Counted from the stretch's first letter, positions 39,206 to 48,900 are shown. The stretch is DNA of 64,000 nucleotides from Oscillospiraceae bacterium (GCA_017456645.1 JAFTIZ010000016.1:5251-69250), one strand, 5' to 3'. Notes: generated by a model not told the origin, from the sequence alone. Made by a program: numbers and translations.

Positions 39206-40672
39206 ATGAGTGAGGCTGTTTTTATCGGCGTCGGATATCTGATTTTTACGCTGTATACCTGCGGAATCATGTATCTCGGCGCCGTTTTGGAAGATAAAAC
39301 CTCCATAGACCCCACCATCTGCAGAAAGCTGACCCATATCGTTTCCGCCTTTGTCTGGGTGATCTGCTATTTCTTCTTCGGCTGCTCGCTCCATTGGGTG
39401 ATCCTGAACTTTGTGGGTGCGGCCGCTCTGGGTGTCGTTACCTTTGGTGACAAGTTCACCGCTTTTCAAAGAACGGATGCCGATAAGTGCTACGGCTTAT
39501 TCTACTTTGGCTTGTCCACGGCGATTGTGGCACTGATCTGCTATCTTGTAGGCGAGGAGCTTTATCTGTACACCGGCGTTACCTATTACTGCCTTGCCCT
39601 TGGCGATGGCGTGGCTCCGCTGGTGGCTAAGGCCTGCGGCAAAGCCAATGTCCAGATCCGCCCCGGCAAGTCCCTGTGGGGTACCGTGAGCGTTTTCCTT
39701 ATGTCCTTCCTGTCCGCGTTTGTGTTTTCCCTGATTTTCCGGATGGAGTTGGACATCGTGTTCCTGCTGTCCGTAGCGGCACTGACCTGCGTCACCGAGT
39801 TCTACGGCATGAAGGGTACGGATAACCTGTTTATTGAGTTTTTCGTGTTCGGCTATCTGGTGCTGAACCATTACGGTCTGGTGAGCCTGCCGCTGCAGAT
39901 CGTGCTGATTGTTTCGCCGGCGCTGGCCTGTCTGGCCATCTACTCCGGCGCTATGTCGGAAAGCGGCGGCATCTGTGCCTTCTTCCTGTTTGCTTTCGTG
40001 GGCTTTTTCGGAAGAGGCTTTGTGCCGGTGGTGTTCATTGCCGTGCTGTTCCTTGTCAGCACCGTGGTTTCTGTGGTGGGCAAGAAGATTAAGAAAAGAA
40101 TCGCGGGACAGGCAGAGAGCCATAAGGCTCGCCGCGCCCATCAGATCACCGCTGTCGGCCTGTTTGCTATCATCGCCCTGATCCTGTACTGGATCACCAA
40201 CGTGCCGATCTTCTATTACCTGTTCTTCCTGGCGTTGACGGAGCAGATTGCTGACTCCATGGCGTCGGATATCGGCTGCCTGACAGCCAAAAAGAATGTC
40301 AGCATCATCACCGGCAAGCCCGTGGAGAAGGGCATCAGCGGCGGAATTTCCGTGCTGGGCACGGTGGCCGCGCTGGTTAGCAGCTTCCTGTTGATGGTGC
40401 TGCCCATGGCGTTCGGTGTGATCTCGCCCCTGATCTGTCTGGCTATTGGCCTGATTGCGTTTGTGGGCACGCTGGCAGACTCTGTTGTGGGCGCGCTGGC
40501 TCAGTCGCTGTATGAATGCGATACCTGCAACGCTCTGACGGAAACCGATATGCACTGCGGAAAGCCTGCTAAGCTGATCAAGGGCTTCCGCATGATCGAC
40601 AATGTGGCGGTCAACTACATTGCCGGCCTGATCACCTGCGGCTTCGGCTTCCTTCTGCTTTTGGCTGTATAA
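39206..40672 (+). CDS. Fused phytol/dolichol-kinase-like (CTP-dependent) plus DUF92 membrane protein
   Basis: N-half RKLTHI, LALGDGVAPLV, KSLWG, DNLFI (VTE5/dolichol kinase family); C-half R..HQITAVG, ADSMASDIG, G.SGGISVLG, GTLADSVVGA..Q, DNVAVN (DUF92). Confidence 0.82.
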   Translation: MSEAVFIGVGYLIFTLYTCGIMYLGAVLEDKTSIDPTICRKLTHIVSAFVWVICYFFFGCSLHWVILNFVGAAALGVVTFGDKFTAFQRTDADKCYGLFYFGLSTAIVALICYLVGEELYLYTGVTYYCLALGDGVAPLVAKACGKANVQIRPGKSLWGTVSVFLMSFLSAFVFSLIFRMELDIVFLLSVAALTCVTEFYGMKGTDNLFIEFFVFGYLVLNHYGLVSLPLQIVLIVSPALACLAIYSGAMSESGGICAFFLFAFVGFFGRGFVPVVFIAVLFLVSTVVSVVGKKIKKRIAGQAESHKARRAHQITAVGLFAIIALILYWITNVPIFYYLFFLALTEQIADSMASDIGCLTAKKNVSIITGKPVEKGISGGISVLGTVAALVSSFLLMVLPMAFGVISPLICLAIGLIAFVGTLADSVVGALAQSLYECDTCNALTETDMHCGKPAKLIKGFRMIDNVAVNYIAGLITCGFGFLLLLAV

Positions 40673-40697
40673 GTACGTTTTCCCAAGGAGGCGCACC

Positions 40698-41396
40698 ATG
40701 CATACGGATAAGATCATTGCCGCGCCGGAAACGGTGGGCATCATCATGGATGGCAACGGTAGATGGGCGCAGGCGCGCTCCCTGCCTCGCAAGGAGGGTC
40801 ATACCAAGGGTATGATCAACCTGATCGAGATCGCCTCCGCAGCTTTCCGGCTGGGTGCGAAAAATGTGGTTTGCTACAGCCTTTCTACTGAAAATCTCAA
40901 CCGGGAAAAGGACGAGCTGGAGCATATCCTCAGCCTGGTTTTGCGTTACTTTGATGCCTTTGTGGATGCCTTCCGCAGCCGGAAGGTCTGTGCCAAATTC
41001 GTGGGCAGGCTGGACCTGCTGCCGGAGGAGATCCGATATTCTCTGCTGCGCACGGAGTCGCTTCTGGCTGAATTTGCCGGTACCGGCAGAACGATCTATA
41101 TCGCCATCGCTTACGGCAGCCGCGCGGAGATCGTTGACGCGGTGAACAAGGCGATTTCCCGGGGCGAACCCGTTACAGAGCAGGAGCTTCTGGCGGAGCT
41201 TAGCTTCCCACTGGAGTTGGATCTGATCATTCGCACCGGCGGCGAACGCCGGCTGTCCAATTTCTTCCTCTATCAGGGAGCCTATGCGGAGCTGTACTTC
41301 TCGGATCGTTATTTCCCGGATTTCTCCAAGGAGGATCTGCACGAGGCCTTTGAATGGTACGCCTCCCGTCAGAGAAGGCGCGGTCTGGTTCTGTGA
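40698..41396 (+). CDS. cis-Prenyltransferase (UppS family)
   Basis: IIMDGNGRWA, EGH, STEN, YGSR, DLIIRTGGERRLSNF, C-terminal RRRG. Confidence 0.93.
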   Translation: MHTDKIIAAPETVGIIMDGNGRWAQARSLPRKEGHTKGMINLIEIASAAFRLGAKNVVCYSLSTENLNREKDELEHILSLVLRYFDAFVDAFRSRKVCAKFVGRLDLLPEEIRYSLLRTESLLAEFAGTGRTIYIAIAYGSRAEIVDAVNKAISRGEPVTEQELLAELSFPLELDLIIRTGGERRLSNFFLYQGAYAELYFSDRYFPDFSKEDLHEAFEWYASRQRRRGLVL

Positions 41397-41438
41397 TCCT
41401 CGCAGCTCTGACACAACTGGAAAGCGATCGGAAACCAT

Positions 41439-42404
41439 ATGGATTTTACGAAGAAGTTTAACCTAGGTCTTACGCTGGAAACCGGCTACGAGGAATTCGC
41501 CTCGTTTTTGGAGACCTATCACACATATATCCACTCTTTCTATTTTTCGCCGCCGGTGGACAGACGCCTGCACACCCGCACAAAGGTGGCACAGGCCTTC
41601 TGGCTTCCGGGCAAGAAGCGCCAATTCTGGAAAATGCTCGCCCTGATCAAATCCTACGGCATTGAGCTGGAGCTGCTGTTCAACACACTTCAGCTGGATG
41701 CGGAGCTGATCGGCAAGACGGCACAGCAGCTGGCGCGCAACGGAGTCGAGGTGGACTCGGTCTGTTTTCTGGGCGATTATTACGACGCGGTGCGCACCTA
41801 TTTTCCGGGGAAGAAGTACATTCTCAGCTTCAACAACGGCTACCAGCGCAAGGCACAGATCGAGCAGGCCATCGAAGCGTACGATGCGGAAGTGTTCGTT
41901 CTGGGCTCCGCCTTTATCCGCAACAATAAAATATTTGCCTATCTGCACGAGCAGGGGAAGCAGACATATCTTTTGCTGAACAATGGCTGCTCGTTTAATT
42001 GCGGCACCTGCAATAATGTGCTGTCGGTCTGTGAGAAGAGCTTTCAGGAAAACCTGAAGCACCACAGCGTGGAATATCTGTACGCCCTGCAAAGCATTTT
42101 CCCCCATGAGCTGCGGGACGGTACCATCGACCCGACCCATATCCAGTGCTTCAAGATCTCCAACCGGAGCAGCAACCTGAAATTCCTGCGCGGCGTTTTG
42201 GACAGCTACATCACCGGCAGGGTGGACGACTATGTCCGTGCCGATACAAATAACTATGCATTTTGGGGAAGAGCCGGCTATTTCTGGAAGCATTTCTCCA
42301 AAATGGATCTGCAAAAGATCCGGCAATACAAGGAGCAGATCCTGCACAAGGATGCCGGTGAACGCCTGTATGCTCCGGATGAGACGAAGAGGGAAACAGA
42401 ATGA
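41439..42404 (+). CDS. U32-peptidase-like Fe-S TIM-barrel protein
   Basis: LLFNT, LLNNGCSFNCGTC..C, FKISNR resemble U32-family Cys and FKIxGR motifs. Confidence 0.6.
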   Translation: MDFTKKFNLGLTLETGYEEFASFLETYHTYIHSFYFSPPVDRRLHTRTKVAQAFWLPGKKRQFWKMLALIKSYGIELELLFNTLQLDAELIGKTAQQLARNGVEVDSVCFLGDYYDAVRTYFPGKKYILSFNNGYQRKAQIEQAIEAYDAEVFVLGSAFIRNNKIFAYLHEQGKQTYLLLNNGCSFNCGTCNNVLSVCEKSFQENLKHHSVEYLYALQSIFPHELRDGTIDPTHIQCFKISNRSSNLKFLRGVLDSYITGRVDDYVRADTNNYAFWGRAGYFWKHFSKMDLQKIRQYKEQILHKDAGERLYAPDETKRETE

Positions 42405-43006
42405 ACACGGCTCCGATTTCCCTGAAGCGCTATGTATCCGCTCCGGCCTCCGCTGTGGAGCTGGAGATGTTCCCGCAGGAAACCGCGGCTTGCTTCGCTC
42501 CGTTTTTTGCTTTGCGCAGTGAGCTGGGGCCGTGGAAATGGCAGGCGGTTACCGCCGCCCGGGATGCTTTGATCGAAAAGCGGTGCCTTGCCGATTTTTC
42601 CGTGCAGCTGCAATGGAAGCGCAAGACCGAGGCGTACATGAACGACGCCGGGCAGGTCTATCTGTCCGCCGGTCTGCTGGCGACAAGCTCTGCTATGACG
42701 GTTTTGTCCGTCTATTGCCATGAGCTTGCCCACATCAAGTTATCCCAGCGGGAGGATTACCCCGCTATCAAAGCCCTGCAAAGGGAGTTTAAGCAGCATT
42801 TCAAACATCACAAGCAATGCGAGCTGTTGTCACCCATCGAGTTTTACGCCATGCTGATCTCACGGCCACTTTTATCGGCAATGGCGGAAAACGCCCACAG
42901 CGACCGGCAGAAAAAGAAGCTTGCGCGGCTGCAGGAGGATCTGGAGCAAAAAATCCGCCTTCTGGAGCAGCAGATCGTAAAGCTGAGCGAAGAATTTGTC
43001 ACCTAA
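42401..43006 (+). CDS. HExxH zincin-like protein (putative peptidase)
   Basis: AYM..GQVYLSAGLL....VLSVYCHELAH...PIEFYA, M48-like arrangement. Confidence 0.65.
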   Translation: MNTAPISLKRYVSAPASAVELEMFPQETAACFAPFFALRSELGPWKWQAVTAARDALIEKRCLADFSVQLQWKRKTEAYMNDAGQVYLSAGLLATSSAMTVLSVYCHELAHIKLSQREDYPAIKALQREFKQHFKHHKQCELLSPIEFYAMLISRPLLSAMAENAHSDRQKKKLARLQEDLEQKIRLLEQQIVKLSEEFVT

Positions 43007-43050
43007 GCGGCAGGGCCGCTTAAAAATAAAAAACTACGGAGGAAAACAAA

Positions 43051-43191
43051 ATGAAGTTTGAGCACATGGAGACCAACATGGACAAGAAGGACGTTCTGGA
43101 TCAGTACATCGCCCAGACCGCTGAGAACGAGGATGTCCACTTCAGCCACGCAGACTGGATCTACAGCGACTCCAGCGATTGCTGCTGCTGA
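43051..43191 (+). CDS. 46-aa putative RiPP precursor MKFEHMETNMDKKDVLDQYIAQTAENEDVHFSHADWIYSDSSDCCC
   Basis: Own translation (absent from ORF track); GGAGG RBS, highly-expressed-type codons, TGA-TAA double stop, embedded between modification genes. Confidence 0.8.
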   Translation: MKFEHMETNMDKKDVLDQYIAQTAENEDVHFSHADWIYSDSSDCCC

Positions 43192-43203
43192 TAATCCTGA
43201 CCG

Positions 43204-44133
43204 ATGTTCGGCTACTTCAGACCTTACCAGGCAAAGCTGACACAACGGGAACGCATCCTTTTTAACTCCTATTATTGTCGGACTTGTTACTGCCTGCGTA
43301 TAATTGGAGGGCAGGTGGCGCGCATGTGCACCACCTATGATGCTACGGTGTATGCCTTGATCCTCGCTCTGCAGAGCGGGGATGAGGCACCGCCGGCATT
43401 GCCCTGCGAGCGGTTTGGAAAGACGAACCTGAAGTACTTTGAGGATGATGCGTTTGGCATGAAGCTGGCCAGACTTAGCTTGATCAGCTTTGGTGAGAAG
43501 ATTCACGATGATCAACTGGATAACAATAATCTGAAATCCAGATTGATTCCCGCACCGCTGATGAAGGCGATCCGTGCCTCCTGCAAGGCGGAGCCCGAAA
43601 TGGCAAAAGATTCCCGGGCGGGTACGGACAGAATCAACCAGCTTCAGGATGCCAATTCGCCCCTTCCTGAAATTTTTCGGGCGTATGGGGATATGGCCGT
43701 TCGGTCGTTTTCACAATTTCAGGAGCTGACTGCGCAATCGGAGGAGTTAATTCGGGCTGTTTCCGAGTGGAACTTCCTTGTGGACATGGTCTGCGACTAT
43801 GGAGAAGACTACAAAAACGGCACCTACAACGGCTTCAAGAGAGAGGGACTTCCCACCTTTTCGGAATATTTCGACAAGCATTATGTGGAGTTCTCTGCCA
43901 TTGCCAATTCCATAAGTGATCGCTTTGTTCAGGCGCTGTGGGCAGTACAGGAGGATTCCGTTGTCTGGAATACCTTGTTTAAGATCTGCATCCACGCCTT
44001 GGATACGGTGTTGACCTCAGCCATTCTGGGCGAAGATGTCAGCTTTCATTATTTCAAAGACCTCTTCGAACGGATCGGCAAGAATAGACAAATGGAGCGC
44101 GATATCAAACGTTTGGGGATCAGTAAGCCATGA
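43204..44133 (+). CDS. DUF5685-like protein with Asp-rich (isoprenoid synthase-like) motifs
   Basis: MFGYFRP..YYCRTC..TYDA N-terminus; DDQLD and DMVCDYGEDYKNG motifs. Confidence 0.7.
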   Translation: MFGYFRPYQAKLTQRERILFNSYYCRTCYCLRIIGGQVARMCTTYDATVYALILALQSGDEAPPALPCERFGKTNLKYFEDDAFGMKLARLSLISFGEKIHDDQLDNNNLKSRLIPAPLMKAIRASCKAEPEMAKDSRAGTDRINQLQDANSPLPEIFRAYGDMAVRSFSQFQELTAQSEELIRAVSEWNFLVDMVCDYGEDYKNGTYNGFKREGLPTFSEYFDKHYVEFSAIANSISDRFVQALWAVQEDSVVWNTLFKICIHALDTVLTSAILGEDVSFHYFKDLFERIGKNRQMERDIKRLGISKP

Positions 44134-45281
44134 AAAAAATCGAAGTCATTTTGAAGGTCACCGATGCGTGCAACCTTCGGTGCAAGTACTGCTACAACAG
44201 CGAAAAAGCCTATGTGAAGAATTGTCTGCCGCTGGAACAGTTCGAGAAATTTCTGAACGTTCTGCTTACCGGCTACAATCTGATTCATATCATCTGGCAC
44301 GGCGGCGAGCCTCTGTGCGCCGGTATCGACTATTTTCGCAAGGCTATGGATGTGGAACGCCGCGTCCATATCCAGAGCGGTGTCACCATCGAGAACAGCA
44401 TCCAGACCAATGGCACCCTGATCAACCGGGAATGGATCCAGTTCTTCAAGGAGCATGATTTCCGGGTCGGTATCTCTTTTGACGGTATCGAAAACGAAGC
44501 TTATCGCGGTCAGACAGATAAAACCTTGCGCGCAATGGATACGCTTCGGGCGGCGGGACTCCGGTTCGGCTGCAACGCGGTGGTGTCCAATGACGCGTAT
44601 GACCTGAAGGCGAATTATCGCTTCTTCAAGGAAAAGAAGATTTCCTTTGAGTTCAGCCCGCTTCTTTCGGAAGGTGGCGGCAAGAGTATGCCCTCCACCG
44701 GCTCTGTCCGCTATGCGCAGGCCCTTTGCGACCTGTTTGACGAGTGGATCTACGATGTGGACGGCGTGTCCGTGCGCACCTTCTCGCTGTACCTGAATTT
44801 GGCCACCGGCGGCCGGTTCCGTGTCTGCACCTGCGCGTCCTGCCACCTGAAATACCTCAGCATCACGCCGGACGGCACGGTCTACAACTGCGGCCGTGAC
44901 AGCGTGGGTAAGTATCCCTTCGGCAAGATCGATGACTTTGAGAATACAAAGCAGATCTTTGCCTCCGAGGGCGCTAAGGCATTGATCGGCGGCTCTGTGC
45001 TGCGTCGGGAGAAATGCAAGGCTTCCTGCGAGTATTTTGGTGTTTGCGCCGGCGGTTGCGCGGATATTGCCATTATGGAAAACGGGCTGGAAAATATGCC
45101 CACCGATTTCTGCCATACCTTCAAAACGGTGTATAAGCACGTGTCGGAAACCTTTGCTGAGCTGGTAAAGAACAATACGCCTCTTTCCCAGCTGAACCCG
45201 GCTGTGAAGGCCATTCTTGCAAAGAATATGGCCAAGATGACCGGCACCACGGAGAATGACCTTGCGGATACTTACGTCTGA
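44130..45281 (+). CDS. Radical SAM/SPASM maturase (anSME-like)
   Basis: CNLRCKYC, WHGGEP, QTNG, ISFDG; SPASM CTCASC..YNC..CKASC..CAGGC..FC. Confidence 0.93.
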   Translation: MKKIEVILKVTDACNLRCKYCYNSEKAYVKNCLPLEQFEKFLNVLLTGYNLIHIIWHGGEPLCAGIDYFRKAMDVERRVHIQSGVTIENSIQTNGTLINREWIQFFKEHDFRVGISFDGIENEAYRGQTDKTLRAMDTLRAAGLRFGCNAVVSNDAYDLKANYRFFKEKKISFEFSPLLSEGGGKSMPSTGSVRYAQALCDLFDEWIYDVDGVSVRTFSLYLNLATGGRFRVCTCASCHLKYLSITPDGTVYNCGRDSVGKYPFGKIDDFENTKQIFASEGAKALIGGSVLRREKCKASCEYFGVCAGGCADIAIMENGLENMPTDFCHTFKTVYKHVSETFAELVKNNTPLSQLNPAVKAILAKNMAKMTGTTENDLADTYV

Positions 45282-45307
45282 TGGTAGACACTTCTTCAAC
45301 GGAATTT

Positions 45308-45339
45308 AAAAAGCCAGCCCTGACAGGGCTGGCTTTTTT
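45308..45339 (+). terminator. Terminator hairpin, right copy of flanking repeat
   Basis: AAAAAGCCAGCCC-tgaca-GGGCTGGCTTTTTT. Confidence 0.85.
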
Positions 45340-45567
45340 GTTACGGCAGGGAAGATGCCGCTTCTGACGATCAGATTCAAAGCTGGAAAATGCGGTTTTA
45401 AAGATAATATTTAATTTTTGCTCAGTCAATATTGGAATATAAAAGAAGAAAAACCAAGTATTTTAAATTTCCTAATTGCTTTCTTGCACTAACTGTGCTA
45501 AGATAAAATAGATATTATGATCGTATTATGGGCATTATTGCTCCCTTTGGTCGAAAGGAGGTCGCGC

Positions 45568-45915
45568 ATGAAGAATTTCAGCCCCGGCGTGGGGTCGGAA
45601 ATCACGCCAATGACGGCGGCGGGTGCGGTCTTCCGAACCAAGCCGGGATACGCGCTGCGGGAGGTCTGCGGAGAGTATTTGACCATTCCCGTATCCCTTC
45701 CGCCCAACGAGGCATCCCGGATGGCGGTGCTGAACGAGGAAGGAAAATTCCTGTGGGAATTGCTCCGGTGTGACAAAAAGTTGGAGGAGCTGGTGGCCGC
45801 AATGACCGAAGCCTACGACGTTTCGGCGCAGGAGGCTCGCACGGATATCTTGGAATTTCTCGAAGAAATGGAAAAACATGCTTTGCTGCTGATAAAAAGT
45901 GAGGTAGAACTATGA
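45568..45915 (+). CDS. PqqD family RiPP recognition element
   Basis: AAAGGAGG RBS; LREVCGEY..P, LNEEGKFLWELL, YDVSAQEARTDILEFL. Confidence 0.9.
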   Translation: MKNFSPGVGSEITPMTAAGAVFRTKPGYALREVCGEYLTIPVSLPPNEASRMAVLNEEGKFLWELLRCDKKLEELVAAMTEAYDVSAQEARTDILEFLEEMEKHALLLIKSEVEL

Positions 45916-48900
45916 ACGCTATGAACGTGATCAAGAAAACCGCCGCTGTGGTGCTGAGCGCCGCGGTGGCTTTGGGTTCGCTGTCCTATTCCAACATCGT
46001 GTCCGAGGGCGCGGATGTGACTCTGGGCAGCGGTACTCAGACCGGCGACTATATTTCCATGCCCATCACCATTCGTGACTTCGCTGCTGATGGAATGCTC
46101 TTTGATATGAACGCCTCCGGCGAAAGCGGCACTGTGGAGATCGCCGATAACAGCTCCGGTGTCGTTGTTCCGACTCCTTCGGTTAAATTCCGTCCGTCCG
46201 ATTCAGGCAGCATCAGCAATACCTATTTTACAAAAAGCAGCCAGACCGGAGAGGGTGGCTATCTGCGTTTTACCACCAGCCATACCACCACCACCAACTC
46301 GGTCATGACCTTTTATATGCCTTCCGGTACGACTAGAGGCGCTACTAGATATTTGGTCATCAAGTATCGTACCAGTGCTGCTGCGCAGTCAGGTCAGACC
46401 CCAATCATATATCAGCGCAATACTGGCGGCACCAGCTATGGCAATATCAATTTCCCCACCACCGGCTACAATAAGACTACCTGGACCACAGCGGTTATTG
46501 ACTTGACTGGCTCCAGCTATACTGCATCCGATGGTGTTGGCTATGTGACGTTCTATCCCAGAATTGCTTACAATAAATATATCGATATTGCCTATGCCGC
46601 ATTCTTCTCCGATAAGACGGATGCCCAGACCTATGCCGATTACTACGCCAATTCCACTGATTATGATACCACCGTGGTGAAAAAGACCTATATCGTCAAG
46701 AACAACGCTGGTTATGGTTTGATTTTTACCAACGCAAATTCTCAGGTCAACAACATGACCCTGAATACATCTACCACACCTTGGACAACCACCGGCACCA
46801 TCAATGGTTCTCAGTTTTATATCAATAATGCCACCAGCACCTCGGTGACACCCCAGACTGTTACGTTGAACAGCGGTGCCACCATGACAGGCTACGGCGG
46901 CTTGCTCCGTCTTGACTTGGTGGAGGGCGAGCTGGGAGAGGGCAAGCAGCTGACGTATACGGAGGGGACGGTCACCTATGTGGCCGAAATGCTTCAGGAA
47001 ACACTGCCGGTGGATTGGGAAAATGCTGACGGTACCCGGAATCTGCATCATGTCATGGGCATGAATCTGTTTAACGACAGCTATCAGTATGTGGGTCCCA
47101 ACGCATCGGGTGCCACCAAGGACCTGGCGGATGTGCTTCGAAACCAGATTACCGGCGGCCTGGGCTCCTATGCCGATGCCAAGGCCAAAAATCCCAAGTC
47201 CTACACGGATATAGAAACCTATTTCGACGCGGCCTACTTCCTGCTGCACAATACCTTCAGCGACAGCACCGGCTACGGCCAGACCATCAGCCAGTACAAC
47301 TCTCTGCGTTTGCTGGAAAAGAAGAAGGATGACGGCACCACCTTCTATACCTTCAACTCTGCTTACAACGATACCATGTATGACACGACCAATGGTGTCA
47401 TTTATAACACCCAAACCACCACTGCCACAGCCCGAGATGCGTCCAGCGGAGGCATTTATTACAACCGCGGCAATATCGTTCCGCTGTACAGCTTTAACCC
47501 TGTGGGCGATTTGGGCTATGGCATTACCACTCAGTTCTACTATGAATATCTGCAGCACATTTCCGGCACCACTTATGGTGCTGACCTGACAAATTACTAC
47601 TCCAACACCAACTTCAACTTCTCCCTGGAGGGCCATGCCCAGTTCGTCTATTACGAGGACGATGATCTGTATTTTACCTTCACCGGCGACGATGACGTGT
47701 ATCTGTTCATCAACGGCAAGCGGGTCCTGGATCTGGGCGGCGGCCACGCCATTGCCAAGTCCCATATCGAACTCAATGATATGAAATCCGTGCTGGGCCT
47801 GGAGGATGGCAAGGTCTACGACTTCGACTTCTACTATATGGAGCGTGGCGGCGGTGCCGGTAACTTCGGTATCGAAACCAATATGAAGATCGTGGAACCC
47901 AGCATGGTCACCAATATGCTGGGCTACCAGAACGGTGTCACCACCGGCTATAACGGCTTCGTGGATCCCTCCAAGAATGTGGGCTACGGCTATGAATTGA
48001 CCAACAGCGGTAACGAGCCCATCACCAATCTGACCTTTACCAATGCGGCTATCGGTGTCAGTCTGACTCCCAGCCAGATCACCCTGAACTCCCGCTCCAA
48101 CATTGCGGAGATGTACGTCGTTACCTACAACGCGGACGGTACGGTCAAGAGCCGTTACAATGCTCCGAACCTGACAGAGGATGTGCTGAAGGCACTGCTG
48201 GCGGCCGGTATCGATGCCGGTGAAAAGTTCGGCGTATATGGTGTGAAATATGATATCACCAACGAAGATTGGAGCGCCGGCGGCGATACCTTTACCAACA
48301 CGGTCAAAACCACCGCTGATTCCCGTGACAACGTAACCCTGAATGGTTACGCCGAATGGAAGGTTCAGAAGCGGAACTATTCCTATGACTGCTTCGATAT
48401 TTACGATTGGCTGGAGCCCGGCACCCAGCAGGGTGTGACCGTGACCAAGGCGGAGTTGCTAAAACCGATTACAGATGCCGGCCAGACGGTCGATGCTTCC
48501 GCGGTCAGCATTGTGCTGTGCAGCCCTTCGGGTAACACCGATACCACAGCGCTGAGTGAAAACGCGGTGCTCAATTCCGACGGCTCTATCACCTATACCG
48601 GCGCCAAGGCCGGTGTTGAGAACATCTATTATAAGGTCACCGGCGGCACCTGGGAGAATGTGGTTTTCCATTACCATGCCTATACCTACGATGTGACGGA
48701 TGATGCTTTCGTTCTGGACTACGGTCTGCCGGTTGAGCTGTTTGATGCCAGCTATGGCTTCCTTGCAAACGATAAAGCTATTCTGGCTGAGAATACCAAG
48801 ACCGCTGTTACGGTCGTGGGCACCTCCGATGCCACCTCCAATTACGGCAGCTTTACGTATGGCGGCACATCTCTGAAGTACACTCCCAATAAGTTCATGA

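Noticed and set aside
43180-43194. TGC-TGC-TGC-TGA-TAA read as CCC-selenocysteine
   Set aside because: No convincing SECIS hairpin visible and no sel genes in the window; a tandem stop is the simpler explanation
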